A DNA stretch of 64,000 bases from Bacteroidales bacterium (GCA_016936815.1 JAFGXD010000047.1:2276-66275), one strand, 5' to 3'. Shown: positions 28,136 through 38,735, counted from the stretch's first letter. Translations and numbers: made by a program. Notes: generated from the letters alone by a model not told the origin.

Positions 28136-31100
28136 ATGAGAACGAGATTTACTTTTATCCTATCTGCATTCATGCTCGTTTCATTATTTTCCCTTTCCTT
28201 ACAAGCTAAAATAGGAAAAGGATATGATGTAAGCTATGAGCAAACAAGAGCAGATGAATTTACCTTGAATTTTCAACTTCAAGATTATCAATTAATTGAA
28301 ATTGAAAAAAATGGTGTTGTTTATTCAACCCTACAATTTGCCGGAAACCTGACTACCAACAAGCAAGGATGGGCCGAATTGCCTTATCTGCATGCAGGTG
28401 TTCAGTTGTCACCCAACAAAAATGTTAGCCTGGTGGTTAACTATTCAAATTTTGTTGAAATTGACGTTCCCCACCAAATGCTTCCAAGCAGAGGAACAAT
28501 TTACAGAAATCAGGATCCAAACTCAATTCCTTATGAAATTGATCCTGAATCTATTAACGACAATTGGTATCCAAAAGAACTAGCATTAGGTTCAGAGCCA
28601 TTTATTGTAAGAGATGTTAGAGGTGAAAACATTTATGTTTATCCTTTCCAGTACAATGCCGTTCAGAATAAGTTAAGAATTTATACTGATATTACTGTAA
28701 CAGTTGTTGAAAACAACGATGAGCCAATTAACCCAATAACTAACCTTAACACAGTGGTAAACAGAGAAATGCACGACATTTACACATCTATGTTTGTTAA
28801 CTACAATCAAAATCCTTATCGTTGGACAAACGAAATTGGTCAATATGGCGAAATGCTTGTTATTTATACTTCAAGAGATGCAACAGCTATTCAGCCATGG
28901 ATTACCTGGAAGAAACAAAAAGGTGTTAAAGTTCACGAATTGCAGGTTGCTACCAATACAAACGTGAAATCAAATATTGCTACGGAATATGCTGCGAATC
29001 CAAATATTTTGTACGTTTTAGTTGTTGGCGATTGGGCAGATATTAAATCAGACCTTGGAACTTATGCCAATGCCCCAACCGACCCAATGATGGGTTGCGT
29101 AGTTGGAGGCGATAACTATTACGACATTATGATTGGTCGTTTTTCTGCTAGCAGTGCAAACCACGTAACAATTCAGGGAAATAAGGTTATTAATTATGAA
29201 AAAAATCCTGATTTAGCAGGAACATGGTATTCCAATGGTTTGGGAATTGGTTCAAATGATGGCTCAGGAATTGGAGATGATGGTGAAATTGACCATGTAC
29301 ATATTGATGTAATTAAGGAAGAAAAATTACTCCCATATAACTACACAACTGTAAATGAGGCTTACGGAAGTCCAACAGCAACAACAGTTGCAAATTACAT
29401 TAATGCAGGTGTTGGCGTAATAAACTATTGTGGACATGGTGGACACGATTATTGGGTAACCTCAAACTACTCTACAACAAATGCAAATGCTTCTACAAAT
29501 GGTTCAAAACTACCATTTGTTTTTTCAGTAGCTTGTATTGTAGGTGAATTTCATACAGGATCAGATTGTTTAGCTGAAGCTTTCTTAAGAAAAGACGGAG
29601 GTGGAGCTATTGCTGTTTGGATGTCAACTATTAACCAACCATGGACACCACCTATGAGGGGTCAGGATTATGCCAACGATATTTTAACCGAAGGGTTTAA
29701 TTACAGTACAGGCTCCGGAAATGGAACTTCCACAACTTATGGAAAAAACATGTATGGTGCAATTACCTTTAATGCCGGTGCCTTAATGATTGCCGAATCT
29801 ACTGCCACAGACGATTGGGACACATATAAAACATGGTCGATTTTTGGAGATCCAAACACACAGGTTAGAACCGAAACACCTAAAGCATTAACCATTACAA
29901 ACCCAAGTGTTACTCCCGGTTCATATACAACACAGATAACAGTTGCAGGTGCTCCTTTTGCAAATGCTCTTGTTTCTATTTATCAGGCAGGTACAGGAGA
30001 CGACCAGCCTTATTCGGGTCTTACTGATGCTTCAGGTAACGTAACAATTTCACATCCTTACGCAGGAACAGTTAAGTTAACAGTAACAGGTTACAATCTT
30101 GCTACTTACAGTCAAGACCATGTTATTGCTGTTGCCGAACCTCCGGTTTGCGATTTTACTGCTACTCCAACAACATTAACTGCCGGAAGTTATGTGAATT
30201 TCACCGATATTTCTACAAATTATCCTTCTTCTTGGACTTGGACATTAACAGGTGGAACTCCAAGCTCATCCACAACACAAAATCCAACGGTACAATATAA
30301 CACCCCCGGTGTTTATTCAGTTACTCTAGCATGTGCCAACGGAGCCGGAAGCGATACTGAAACAAAAACAAACTATATTACTGTTAATGCCGTTACCACA
30401 CCTCCAGTTGCCGATTTTGTTGCCAGTGCCACAACCATAAACATTGGTGAATCGGTTGATTTTACTGATCTTTCAACAAATTTACCAACATCTTGGGCAT
30501 GGACTTTCGACGGAGCTGCTCCCGGAACAAGCACAACTCAAAACCCAACAGGTATTACATACAATACCGCAGGCACATATACAGTAACATTAACTGCAAC
30601 AAACGGATTTGGATCTGATACCGAAACAAAAACAGCCTATATTACTGTAAGTGCTCCCGAACCTTGTGAGGCCAGTTCTTTAAGTACAGCTTATGAGTAT
30701 ATAAGTAATGTAACAATTGGTACAATAAACAATACCTCTGCCGCTTCAAATTATACTGATTATACTGCTATGTCAACCGATGTTGAAGCAGGAGTTGGTT
30801 CTCCAATAACCGTTTCAATATTAAATCCATACTCATCAGATCAGGTTCTAATTTGGGTTGACTGGAACAGAAATGGTGTGCTTACAGATACCGATGAGGC
30901 AGTTTTTGTTTCTGCAACCGGTACAGGACCTTACTCAACTACAATTACTCCTCCGGCTTGGGTAACACCAGGGCCTTGTACAATGCGTATTAGATTGCAC
31001 GATTCGGGTTCCGGACCAAACCTAACTCCTTGTGGAACTTCTTCTTATGGTGAGGTTGAAGATTATACTCTAACAGTTATTTCTTCAACTCCTGCTCCTC

Positions 31101-33550
31101 CTGTTGCTGATTTTTCAGGAACTCCAACTACAGTGGTTGTTGGTGGTTCTGTAAATTTCACCGATTTATCAACAGGAATACCAACCTCATGGGCATGGAC
31201 TTTTACAGGAGGTTCACCGGCATCTTCTACAACTCAAAACCCAACAGGCATTGTTTACAATACAGCCGGAACCTATGCAGTTCAACTTACTGTTACAAAC
31301 GCTGAAGGCACAGATAGTGAAACTAAAGCAGGTTATATTACTGTTATTGAAGGCGGTTCTGGTTTTAGTTTAGATTTTGAAGCTTGTGTAGATTATTCAT
31401 CAGATTTTACACCATGGACAGTAGTAGCAAATAATACAGGCGCTACTTACCAAAGTTCCGATTGCGATTTTCCGGGCGAAAGTACTGCTTTTGGATATAT
31501 GGCTTTTAATCCTGCTGATGCTAGTTTTACATTGGCTAGTACACATGGAGGTGACAGATGCGGAATGGCAATTTGTCCTTCAGATGCCAGTCAGGCCGAC
31601 AATTGGCTGATTTCAGAACAACTAACTATGGGTACAGGTTCTTCAATTACCTTCTGGGTATTATCTCCAAAACCGGGAACATGGGGAAATGAATCTTATA
31701 ACGTATTGGTTTCTACAACCACTAATAGTTTAGCTTCTTTTACCGCAATTGCAACTAACGAGGAAGCTCCTGCAACATGGACAGAAAAAACTTATGATTT
31801 ATCTGCTTACGATGGACAAACAATTTATGTAGCAATTCAGCATAATTCTACTGATATGTTTATGTTCTTTATTGATGACATATCTATTAATACAACCTTT
31901 GGTCCTTCAGCTCCAACTGCTGAATTCTCAGGTACTCCTACAACAATTTGCGTTGGTAACACTGTTAATTTCACTGATTTATCATCTGGTGCAGATAGTT
32001 ATTCTTGGTCATTTAGTGGTGGAACGCCTTCTACTTCTACCTCTGCTAACCCAACAATTACCTATAATACACCCGGAACTTACGATGTTTCTCTAACTGT
32101 TACCAATACAGAAGGTAGCGATACAGAAACAAAAGTTGGTTATGTTATTGTTGGAGCTGCTCCTACACTTTCAACTTCAGTTACAAATGTTAATTGTTAT
32201 GGCGACGCTTCCGGTGCTATTGATTTAACAGTAACAGGTGGAACATCTCCATTTACTTACGCATGGACACCTTCCGGTTCTACTCAAAATCTTACAGGAA
32301 TTGCAGCAGGAACATATTCTGTTGTTGTAAACGATGCAGCGGGCTGTACAGCAACTACATCTGCAAGTGTTAGTCAACCTGCAACTGCTGTTAGTGTTTC
32401 TGCAACTTCTACTCAGGCTACATGTGGTAATGCAGACGGATCTGCTACTGCAACGGGTGCAGGCGGAGTTAGTCCTTACACATATTCATGGTCAAGTGGA
32501 GGAAATACAGCTACAGAATCGAATCTTGGTGCAGGAACTTATGCAGTTATGGTACAAGATGCAAACGGATGTACTGCTTCTACAACCGCAACAGTTACTG
32601 AACTTGGTGCACCTACCGTAAACGTTTCTATTACCAATGCAAGTTGTAATGGAGTTTGCGACGGAAGTGCATTAGCTGTAGTTTCAGGAGGAACATCTCC
32701 TTACACTTACACTTGGAGTCCAACCGGATACACCAACGATGGAATGGGCCATTATTCAGATCTTTGTGCAGGAGCTTATGGACTAACCGTTGTAGATGAT
32801 GCCGGCTGTCAGGTTACAACAAGTTTCGATATTACTGAACCTTCTGCAATTAATGTTAGTGTTTCTGTTACTGATGCAACATGTTTTGGCCTTGCTGACG
32901 GAACTGCAACCGCAGTTGTAACAGGCGGAACCGGCTCTTACACATATTTGTGGAATAACGGAGCTACAACAGCAACCATTACCGGCCTTACCAGCGGAGT
33001 TTATTCTGTTATTGTAACAGACGCTAACGATTGCGAAGGAACAGGTTCAGGAACTGTTAATCAACCGACTATGATTACACTTACAGGAATAACTCCGGTT
33101 CACGAAGATTATTCGGGAGCATGCAATGGAACCGCAACAGCAAGTGTTACAGGCGGCGTTCCTCCTTATGTGTATAATTGGAGCAATGGACAAACAACAA
33201 ATCCGGCTACAGGCTTATGCTCAGGAGATTATACTGTTACTGTTACCGATGCAAATGGCTGTTATGTTACAGGAACTGTTACAATTACTTTCATTAACAA
33301 TATTGATGAAAACAATAACGAATCCTTTAATGTTTATCCGAACCCAACAAGCGGACTTGTAAATATTTCTTGTGAAAACTCAGACCTTACTTCTGTTTTG
33401 GTTCGAGATATAACAGGCCGTTTAGTTGAAACAGTTAATACAACACAGACAATAACCACAATTGACATGAAAAAATATGACAAAGGTGTTTATCTGTTTG
33501 AATTATTATTCGAAAAATCTTCGTCTACCATTAGGGTAGTTGTTGAATAA
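28136..33550 (+). CDS. Gingipain-like peptidase C25 with 4 PKD, GEVED-like, choice-of-anchor-like, 5 SprB-type repeats and T9SS C-terminal domain
   Basis: 1804 aa with a signal peptide. Catalytic-dyad contexts INYCGHGGHDYW (His) and PFVFSVACIVGEF (Cys) resemble gingipain motifs. PKD units read PPVADF..VNFTDLS..W.W.F.GG.P..S..QNPT..Y...G.Y.V.L...N..G.D.E.K..YI.V. Also has SSYGEVEDYTL and Cys-Gly-rich SprB-like repeats. The C-terminus FNVYPNPTSGLVNI..GVYLFELLF is a T9SS CTD. Confidence 0.9.
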   Translation: MRTRFTFILSAFMLVSLFSLSLQAKIGKGYDVSYEQTRADEFTLNFQLQDYQLIEIEKNGVVYSTLQFAGNLTTNKQGWAELPYLHAGVQLSPNKNVSLVVNYSNFVEIDVPHQMLPSRGTIYRNQDPNSIPYEIDPESINDNWYPKELALGSEPFIVRDVRGENIYVYPFQYNAVQNKLRIYTDITVTVVENNDEPINPITNLNTVVNREMHDIYTSMFVNYNQNPYRWTNEIGQYGEMLVIYTSRDATAIQPWITWKKQKGVKVHELQVATNTNVKSNIATEYAANPNILYVLVVGDWADIKSDLGTYANAPTDPMMGCVVGGDNYYDIMIGRFSASSANHVTIQGNKVINYEKNPDLAGTWYSNGLGIGSNDGSGIGDDGEIDHVHIDVIKEEKLLPYNYTTVNEAYGSPTATTVANYINAGVGVINYCGHGGHDYWVTSNYSTTNANASTNGSKLPFVFSVACIVGEFHTGSDCLAEAFLRKDGGGAIAVWMSTINQPWTPPMRGQDYANDILTEGFNYSTGSGNGTSTTYGKNMYGAITFNAGALMIAESTATDDWDTYKTWSIFGDPNTQVRTETPKALTITNPSVTPGSYTTQITVAGAPFANALVSIYQAGTGDDQPYSGLTDASGNVTISHPYAGTVKLTVTGYNLATYSQDHVIAVAEPPVCDFTATPTTLTAGSYVNFTDISTNYPSSWTWTLTGGTPSSSTTQNPTVQYNTPGVYSVTLACANGAGSDTETKTNYITVNAVTTPPVADFVASATTINIGESVDFTDLSTNLPTSWAWTFDGAAPGTSTTQNPTGITYNTAGTYTVTLTATNGFGSDTETKTAYITVSAPEPCEASSLSTAYEYISNVTIGTINNTSAASNYTDYTAMSTDVEAGVGSPITVSILNPYSSDQVLIWVDWNRNGVLTDTDEAVFVSATGTGPYSTTITPPAWVTPGPCTMRIRLHDSGSGPNLTPCGTSSYGEVEDYTLTVISSTPAPPVADFSGTPTTVVVGGSVNFTDLSTGIPTSWAWTFTGGSPASSTTQNPTGIVYNTAGTYAVQLTVTNAEGTDSETKAGYITVIEGGSGFSLDFEACVDYSSDFTPWTVVANNTGATYQSSDCDFPGESTAFGYMAFNPADASFTLASTHGGDRCGMAICPSDASQADNWLISEQLTMGTGSSITFWVLSPKPGTWGNESYNVLVSTTTNSLASFTAIATNEEAPATWTEKTYDLSAYDGQTIYVAIQHNSTDMFMFFIDDISINTTFGPSAPTAEFSGTPTTICVGNTVNFTDLSSGADSYSWSFSGGTPSTSTSANPTITYNTPGTYDVSLTVTNTEGSDTETKVGYVIVGAAPTLSTSVTNVNCYGDASGAIDLTVTGGTSPFTYAWTPSGSTQNLTGIAAGTYSVVVNDAAGCTATTSASVSQPATAVSVSATSTQATCGNADGSATATGAGGVSPYTYSWSSGGNTATESNLGAGTYAVMVQDANGCTASTTATVTELGAPTVNVSITNASCNGVCDGSALAVVSGGTSPYTYTWSPTGYTNDGMGHYSDLCAGAYGLTVVDDAGCQVTTSFDITEPSAINVSVSVTDATCFGLADGTATAVVTGGTGSYTYLWNNGATTATITGLTSGVYSVIVTDANDCEGTGSGTVNQPTMITLTGITPVHEDYSGACNGTATASVTGGVPPYVYNWSNGQTTNPATGLCSGDYTVTVTDANGCYVTGTVTITFINNIDENNNESFNVYPNPTSGLVNISCENSDLTSVLVRDITGRLVETVNTTQTITTIDMKKYDKGVYLFELLFEKSSSTIRVVVE
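31091..32152 (+). repeat. 1062-bp PKD / choice-of-anchor-like / PKD cassette shared with the next gene (copy 1)
   Basis: 354 codons, PAPPVADFSGTP...KVGYVIV. Aligns colinearly and apparently without gaps to 35779-36840. One example: [25 protein letters not shown] vs [25 protein letters not shown]. Another: [12 protein letters not shown] in both. Confidence 0.8.
32156..33297 (+). repeat. Five tandem SprB-type coding repeats (~75 aa each)
   Basis: Repeated C.G..(D/N)G.A...V.GG..PY.Y.W..G.......L..G.Y.V.V.D..GC units. Confidence 0.7.
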
Positions 33551-33560
33551 ATTTTGAAAA

Positions 33561-33589
33561 AAGGGGAGTTAAGGCTTCCCTTTTTTTTC
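33561..33589 (+). terminator. Rho-independent terminator after the first C25 gene
   Basis: AAAGGGGAG-ttaagg-CTTCCCTTT stem (one G:T pair) followed by a T-run, 11 nt after the stop. Confidence 0.6.
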
Positions 33590-33639
33590 CTTAAAAAATT
33601 AAACTACTTTACTTTTTTTGTACAACTAAAATTTGAAAA

Positions 33640-36600
33640 ATGAAAAAAAGCCTTAACCTGTTCTTACTGCTTTTTATAGCATTAACAATTAATGCACAGC
33701 AGACAATAACATTTCCTTTTTCCGGAACAAAATCCGGTTTGGAAATAAAAGCATCTACTCCGGATAAGATGAGAATTGAAGCTTCAATTTCCGAATTAAA
33801 GGCAAGCTCTTCTCAAATTCTTAATTCTGAAATGTTTACAAATCTTGAATCTTCGGGATTAATTAGAAATGACGTAACAGGCAAGCCGGAACTTCCTGTT
33901 TTTAGTCGCTTAATTGAAGTTCCTTACCAAGCCGGAATTGAAGTAAACATTATTAGCTATTCCGAAGAGGTAATAAATTTGAATGAATTCGAATTGCCGG
34001 TTATTGCCCCAAATCAACCTTCATATACAAAAAGTTCAGATCCATCTACTCATGTTTTCGTAATTGATCAGGAATTCTATAATACCAATGAGTTTTCTGA
34101 TGGTCCCGGCATTAAAACTGAAATAGAAGGAATTATGAGGGGTACAAGAATTGGTAGAATTGAAATATGCCCATTCAGTTATAACCCTGTGGAAAATATT
34201 TTGATTGTTTACCACAATATTGAATTTGAAGTAAGATTTATTAATGCCGACCATAGTCTTACCGATGCTATGAAAAGCAAATACTATTCTCCTGAATTTG
34301 AACCATCATACGATTTGCTTCTAAATTATAAAGCACCAACTGCAAAAGATGGATTCAGCAATTTTACAAAACCAATAAAATATGTAATTGTTGCCAACAG
34401 AGCATTTGAAACCACATTACAACCTTTTGTTGAATGGAAAACAATTTCGGGATATAATGTAATTGAAGCTTATACCGATATAATTGGAACAACAAACACA
34501 GCAATAAAAGCCTATTTAGAAGGATTATACGATGCCGGTAGCACCTCCGATCCTGCTCCCCTTTATGTCTTAATAATTGGAGACCATAGCGGAACATATA
34601 GCATTCCTGCTTTTGCCTCAACAAATACAGGCTCGGGTGGTTCTTCTCATATTACTGATGTTTATTTTGGTTGTTATGATGGCACCTCCGATAATATTCC
34701 AGATTTATATCTTGGAAGAATTTCAGCCAACAGCACAACGGAATTAGCAAATGCATTAAATAAAATTGTTCCCTACGAAAAATATGAATATACAGATGGA
34801 GCTCACCTCGACAAAGCTATGCTTATTGCCGGTTGCGACGTTTCTTATGCTCATTCTCACGGTGATGCAACAATTTTATATGGAATAAATAATTATTTTA
34901 ACACTTCTCATGATTTGTCGAATATTTATGCATATTACTATAACCATTCTACTGGTCCATATTTTGTTATGAGTTCTAACTCTACAGGTGCTGCTGCCGA
35001 TATTAAATCGAAAATCACTCAAGGTCTTGGATTTGCTAATTATACTGCTCATTGCGACCACGATGGTTGGGCCGACCCAAATGTTAGCAGAGCCGATATT
35101 GCCAATTTCAACAACTTAAATAAATATCCGTTTATGATTGGTAACTGTTGCCTTAGTTTCCAATTCGACCAGAGCGATGCTTTTGGAGAAATGTTGCTTT
35201 ATGCTGCCAACGAGGGTGCAATTGGGTATATTGGAACTTCAAACTCTTCTTATTGGTACGAGGATGTTTATTGGGGAATTGGATTAACTACCTTAACTGT
35301 TAACGCAACAAACTTTGCATCACATACTTATGCAAATACCGGAATTGGAATGTATGATGCACTTTATCACGAAAATGGAGAAGCTTTTTCAAACTGGTAT
35401 TTTACTGGAAGTCAGATGAATTTTAAAGGAAATACTGCTGTTCAATCCAGTACTTCAGGATACAAAAAATATTATTGGGAAATATACCATTGCGTTGGTG
35501 ATCCATCAATAATGCCTTATATGCATACTCCTACTGCCCTTTCTTTAACATTTACAACTCCAGATGCCGGAGCCACTTCTTTAACTGTTAACACAGAAGC
35601 CTATACTTATGTTGCTATTTCCCAAAATGGTGTTTTGTTAGATGCAAAATGGTCGGGTTCGGGAACTAGTGTAAACCTTGCTTTTACCGCTTTAGGTAGT
35701 AGTTCAGTTACTATTGTTGGAACAAAACAAAACAGAGCTCCATATATTAACGAAAATATTACTCCGGGAACAGGAATCCCTGCCGCTCCGGTTGCTAATT
35801 TTACTGCCTCTTCAACCAATATAACAGTTGGTGGTTCTGTAAACTTCACCGATATTTCGGCTAATGTGCCGACTTCATGGGCATGGACATTTACAGGTGG
35901 AACGCCTTCTTCATCAACATTGCAAAATCCAACAAATATTGTTTATAATGCAGCCGGAACTTACACGGTTCAATTAATTGCAACAAATGCACAAGGTTCC
36001 GATACTGAAACAAAAACCGGTTATATTACTGTAATTGAAGGTCCCGATGGATTTAGTCTTGATTTTGAGGCTTGCACAGATTATTCTTCAAATTTTGCTC
36101 CTTGGACTGTAATTGCTAATAATGCGGCAGCTACTTACCAGAGTTCCGATTGCGATTTTACCGGCGAGGGAACAACTTTTGGCTATATGGCATTTAACCC
36201 TTCCGATGCAGGTTTTTCTCTTGCAAGTGCTCATGGTGGCGTAAGATGTGGAATGGCAATTTGCCCTGCAGATGCTACTCAGGCCGACAATTGGTTAATC
36301 TCCGAACAACTTACTTTAGGAACTGCATCGTCTCTAAAATTTTGGGTTCTTTCTCCAAAACCCGGCTCATGGGGTAATGAGACATTTAATGTATTGGTAT
36401 CTACTACTAACAGCAGCATGGGTTCGTTTACTGCAATAGCCAGCAATCAGGAAGCTCCTGCAACATGGACACAAAAAACTTATGACCTTTCTGCTTATAA
36501 CGGACAAGATATTTATGTGGCAATTCAGCATGTTTCCACAGATATGTTTATGTTCTTTATTGATGATATTGAAGTAATTACAACTTCCGGTGTTGCAATG

Positions 36601-37323
36601 CCAACAGCTAATTTCTCAGCAAATGTTACTTCAGTTTGTGCAGGTAATTCAGTAAGTTTCACTAATTTGTCTTCGGGAGCAACAAGCTATTCATGGACAT
36701 TTACAGGAGGTACACCTTCAACAAGTACTTCAACAAATCCAACAGTTAGCTATTCAACTCCGGGAACTTATAATGTAAGTTTAGTTGCAACAAATTCTGC
36801 AGGAAGTATTACAGAAACAAAAACATCTTATATTACAGTTCGTTCTAATCCTACTGCAACTGTTACTCCAACCAACGAAACTTCTTCGGGAGCCTGCAAC
36901 GGAAGTGCAAACGTAAGCGTAAGCGGTGGAACTCCGGCATATTCTTATACATGGAGCAACGGACAGACTTCAAACCCTGCAACAAACTTATGCTCCGGTA
37001 ATTATACGGTTACTGTTACCGACTCTTATGGTTGTACGGGTACTTCTAATGTTACAATAACCTATTCTACTGATGTTGATGAAAACAATATTCCTATGTA
37101 CAAAATATTCCCTAATCCTACCGGAGGAATGGTTTACGTTGCTACAGAAAATGTTAACCTAAATGAGATTAGAGTGGTTGATATTACTGGAAGAGTGGTT
37201 AAGCAAATTGAAGTTAAGGATTCTCTAACAGAAATTGATATGCAGAATTGCGAAAAAGGACTTTATTTCTTTGAACTAATCTCTGAAAGATTTTATAAAA
37301 CTGTAAGAGTAATTTTAGATTAA
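33640..37323 (+). CDS. Second gingipain-like peptidase C25 with PKD, choice-of-anchor-like, PKD, one SprB-type repeat and T9SS C-terminal domain
   Basis: 1227 aa with a signal peptide. His/Cys contexts [13 protein letters not shown] and [14 protein letters not shown]. It has the shared cassette. The C-terminus [22 protein letters not shown] is a T9SS CTD. Confidence 0.9.
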   Translation: MKKSLNLFLLLFIALTINAQQTITFPFSGTKSGLEIKASTPDKMRIEASISELKASSSQILNSEMFTNLESSGLIRNDVTGKPELPVFSRLIEVPYQAGIEVNIISYSEEVINLNEFELPVIAPNQPSYTKSSDPSTHVFVIDQEFYNTNEFSDGPGIKTEIEGIMRGTRIGRIEICPFSYNPVENILIVYHNIEFEVRFINADHSLTDAMKSKYYSPEFEPSYDLLLNYKAPTAKDGFSNFTKPIKYVIVANRAFETTLQPFVEWKTISGYNVIEAYTDIIGTTNTAIKAYLEGLYDAGSTSDPAPLYVLIIGDHSGTYSIPAFASTNTGSGGSSHITDVYFGCYDGTSDNIPDLYLGRISANSTTELANALNKIVPYEKYEYTDGAHLDKAMLIAGCDVSYAHSHGDATILYGINNYFNTSHDLSNIYAYYYNHSTGPYFVMSSNSTGAAADIKSKITQGLGFANYTAHCDHDGWADPNVSRADIANFNNLNKYPFMIGNCCLSFQFDQSDAFGEMLLYAANEGAIGYIGTSNSSYWYEDVYWGIGLTTLTVNATNFASHTYANTGIGMYDALYHENGEAFSNWYFTGSQMNFKGNTAVQSSTSGYKKYYWEIYHCVGDPSIMPYMHTPTALSLTFTTPDAGATSLTVNTEAYTYVAISQNGVLLDAKWSGSGTSVNLAFTALGSSSVTIVGTKQNRAPYINENITPGTGIPAAPVANFTASSTNITVGGSVNFTDISANVPTSWAWTFTGGTPSSSTLQNPTNIVYNAAGTYTVQLIATNAQGSDTETKTGYITVIEGPDGFSLDFEACTDYSSNFAPWTVIANNAAATYQSSDCDFTGEGTTFGYMAFNPSDAGFSLASAHGGVRCGMAICPADATQADNWLISEQLTLGTASSLKFWVLSPKPGSWGNETFNVLVSTTNSSMGSFTAIASNQEAPATWTQKTYDLSAYNGQDIYVAIQHVSTDMFMFFIDDIEVITTSGVAMPTANFSANVTSVCAGNSVSFTNLSSGATSYSWTFTGGTPSTSTSTNPTVSYSTPGTYNVSLVATNSAGSITETKTSYITVRSNPTATVTPTNETSSGACNGSANVSVSGGTPAYSYTWSNGQTSNPATNLCSGNYTVTVTDSYGCTGTSNVTITYSTDVDENNIPMYKIFPNPTGGMVYVATENVNLNEIRVVDITGRVVKQIEVKDSLTEIDMQNCEKGLYFFELISERFYKTVRVILD
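35779..36840 (+). repeat. 1062-bp PKD / choice-of-anchor-like / PKD cassette (copy 2)
   Basis: See 31091-32152. Same length, both in frame, and roughly three quarters of residues identical by eye. Confidence 0.8.
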
Positions 37324-37345
37324 TAATTTATTTATAAAGAAAAAT

Positions 37346-37371
37346 GGACGGCTTCGGTCGTCCTTTTTTTT
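37346..37371. terminator. Bidirectional terminator between the second C25 gene and the convergent C-N hydrolase gene
   Basis: GGACGGC-TTCG-GTCGTCC hairpin (7-bp stem including one G:T pair, UUCG-type tetraloop) followed by T8 and preceded by AAAAA. Confidence 0.7.
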
Positions 37372-38209
37372 AGTCATAATGCAAATCAAAATTATCAGCA
37401 TCTAAATAGGCAGGAAATTTTTTTCTAAATTCTCTTAGTTCAGACAAAGATATTTCAGAAGAATATATATAATCTTCATTGGCTGGAATATTACTTATTT
37501 CAATGCCTTTAAAATCAACCACCATAGAGTCTCCCGAATAATTTAAGTTCATTCCGTCGGAGCCAATTCTGTTAACGCCAATTACCCATGCCTGATTTTC
37601 AATTGCTCTGGCTTTTAGCAATGTTTTCCAAACTTCCCTGCGTGGTTCAGGCCAATTGGCAATATAAATTAGAAGGTCGTAATTATTTCGGTTTCTGCTC
37701 CATACCGGAAATCTAAGATCGTAACAAATAAGAGGCATAATTCGCCATTTGCCGTGGTCAACAATTAATTGCTTTTCGCCTTGTGCATAGAAATTATGCT
37801 CATTGCCCATACGGAACAAATGCCTTTTATCGTAATATTTAATATTTCCTTCCGGATTAACCCATAACAATCGGTTGGTAAATTGACCATTCTCCTTATT
37901 AATAATTGATCCAACAATGGTCTTTTTGTTTTCGGAGGCCATTTTTTTAAGCCAGTTTACTGTTTTGCCATTATAATCCTCTGCAAGCTCTTTGGTTCGC
38001 ATGGAAAAACCTGTGGAAAACATTTCGGGCAGAATTATTATTTCAGAATTTGCAGGCGATTGCAGAATTTTCTTTTCAAACTCAATTAAGTTTTCCTCAA
38101 CCGATTCCCAAATAATTGAGCTTTGAATAATGGTAAACGACAAGTTATTCGTTCCTGCGAGTTTTTCGTTATTCTTGTAATTAACAGCTGTTTGAGTTCG
38201 ATTCGTCAT
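37370..38209 (-). CDS. Carbon-nitrogen hydrolase (nitrilase superfamily, omega-amidase-like)
   Basis: C-N hydrolase pattern ..ILPEMFSTGF.., ..KRHLF.., ..ICYDLRFP... The family-typical N-terminus LSFTIIQSSIIWESVEENL starts at TTG 38143. The 22-codon extension to ATG 38209 is supplied by the adjacent repeat element, so the true start is uncertain. Confidence 0.85.
   Translation of the reverse strand: MTNRTQTAVNYKNNEKLAGTNNLSFTIIQSSIIWESVEENLIEFEKKILQSPANSEIIILPEMFSTGFSMRTKELAEDYNGKTVNWLKKMASENKKTIVGSIINKENGQFTNRLLWVNPEGNIKYYDKRHLFRMGNEHNFYAQGEKQLIVDHGKWRIMPLICYDLRFPVWSRNRNNYDLLIYIANWPEPRREVWKTLLKARAIENQAWVIGVNRIGSDGMNLNYSGDSMVVDFKGIEISNIPANEDYIYSSEISLSELREFRKKFPAYLDADNFDLHYD
38097..38143 (-). 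repeat. 47-bp direct repeat (copy A) = the first ~16 codons of the C-N hydrolase gene
   Basis: tcaaccgattcccaaataattgagctttgaataatggtaaacgacaa matches 40384-40430 at 45 of 47 positions. Confidence 0.85.
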
Positions 38210-38586
38210 TTCGTTTGTTTAGAGACTATAAAGATAATAATTTATTTTATTTCCGTAGGTTAAAACCTAGGGCTATGACTGGGAATCTGCTTCGCAGATA
38301 TGTGGAAATGGATTATTAATGGATTGTTTTTTGCAATTTTACATTATCCCCAACCTCGAAGAGGTTTCCCAAGAACTTAGCGGAGCGATCTCATGACCGA
38401 AAGGAATAATAGCCATGGGTTTCAACCCTTGGTTAACAAAAATACATAATCATAAGTGTAATTACATTTTTTATTTTGAAATGCCCACGTTTGACATTTG
38501 GCTTCATACAAGTTTTAGATTCCTAGTTCCGCAGCCTACGGCTGCTCCAAGCGGAATTTCCTGAACAATCGAAATGCCGGTTTTTC
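38165..38586. repeat. Hairpin-module composite repeat, copy A (~420 bp)
   Basis: Near-identical to 39903-40349 except for whole-module indels. Contains short perfect or near-perfect hairpins: CCGTAGGTTaaAACCTAGGG, CTGCttcGCAG, AACCTCgaaGAGGTT, CCATGGGTTtcAACCCTTGG, GCAGCCtacGGCTGC. Confidence 0.8.
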
Positions 38587-38735
38587 TTGTTTTTTTTGCC
38601 TCGCCTGGCATAGCTGATAAGCGAAGGAAGGTTCTTTGCCTTCGGAGTTTTTCTATTGGAAAACCCAAAAATGTTTCTTATTTATTAATGCTTTTTTAAT
38701 TTTTGGTGGTATTTTGTCTTGTATTGTAAATTACT

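Noticed and set aside
28136-37323. Possibility that the repeated PKD/cassette sequences are a diversity-generating retroelement (TR/VR) or a CRISPR-like array.
   Set aside because: No reverse transcriptase or cas gene is in the window. The repeats are in-frame protein domains. Differences between copies involve all four bases and amino-acid-level divergence, not adenine-specific changes. There is no spacer/repeat periodicity.
38260-38440. tRNA-like look of the hairpins (GGGTTTCAACCC, GGTTAAAACC) in the composite repeats.
   Set aside because: No acceptor stem, T-loop (GTTCRANYC) or anticodon arm can be assembled around them. They are isolated 6-9 bp stems.
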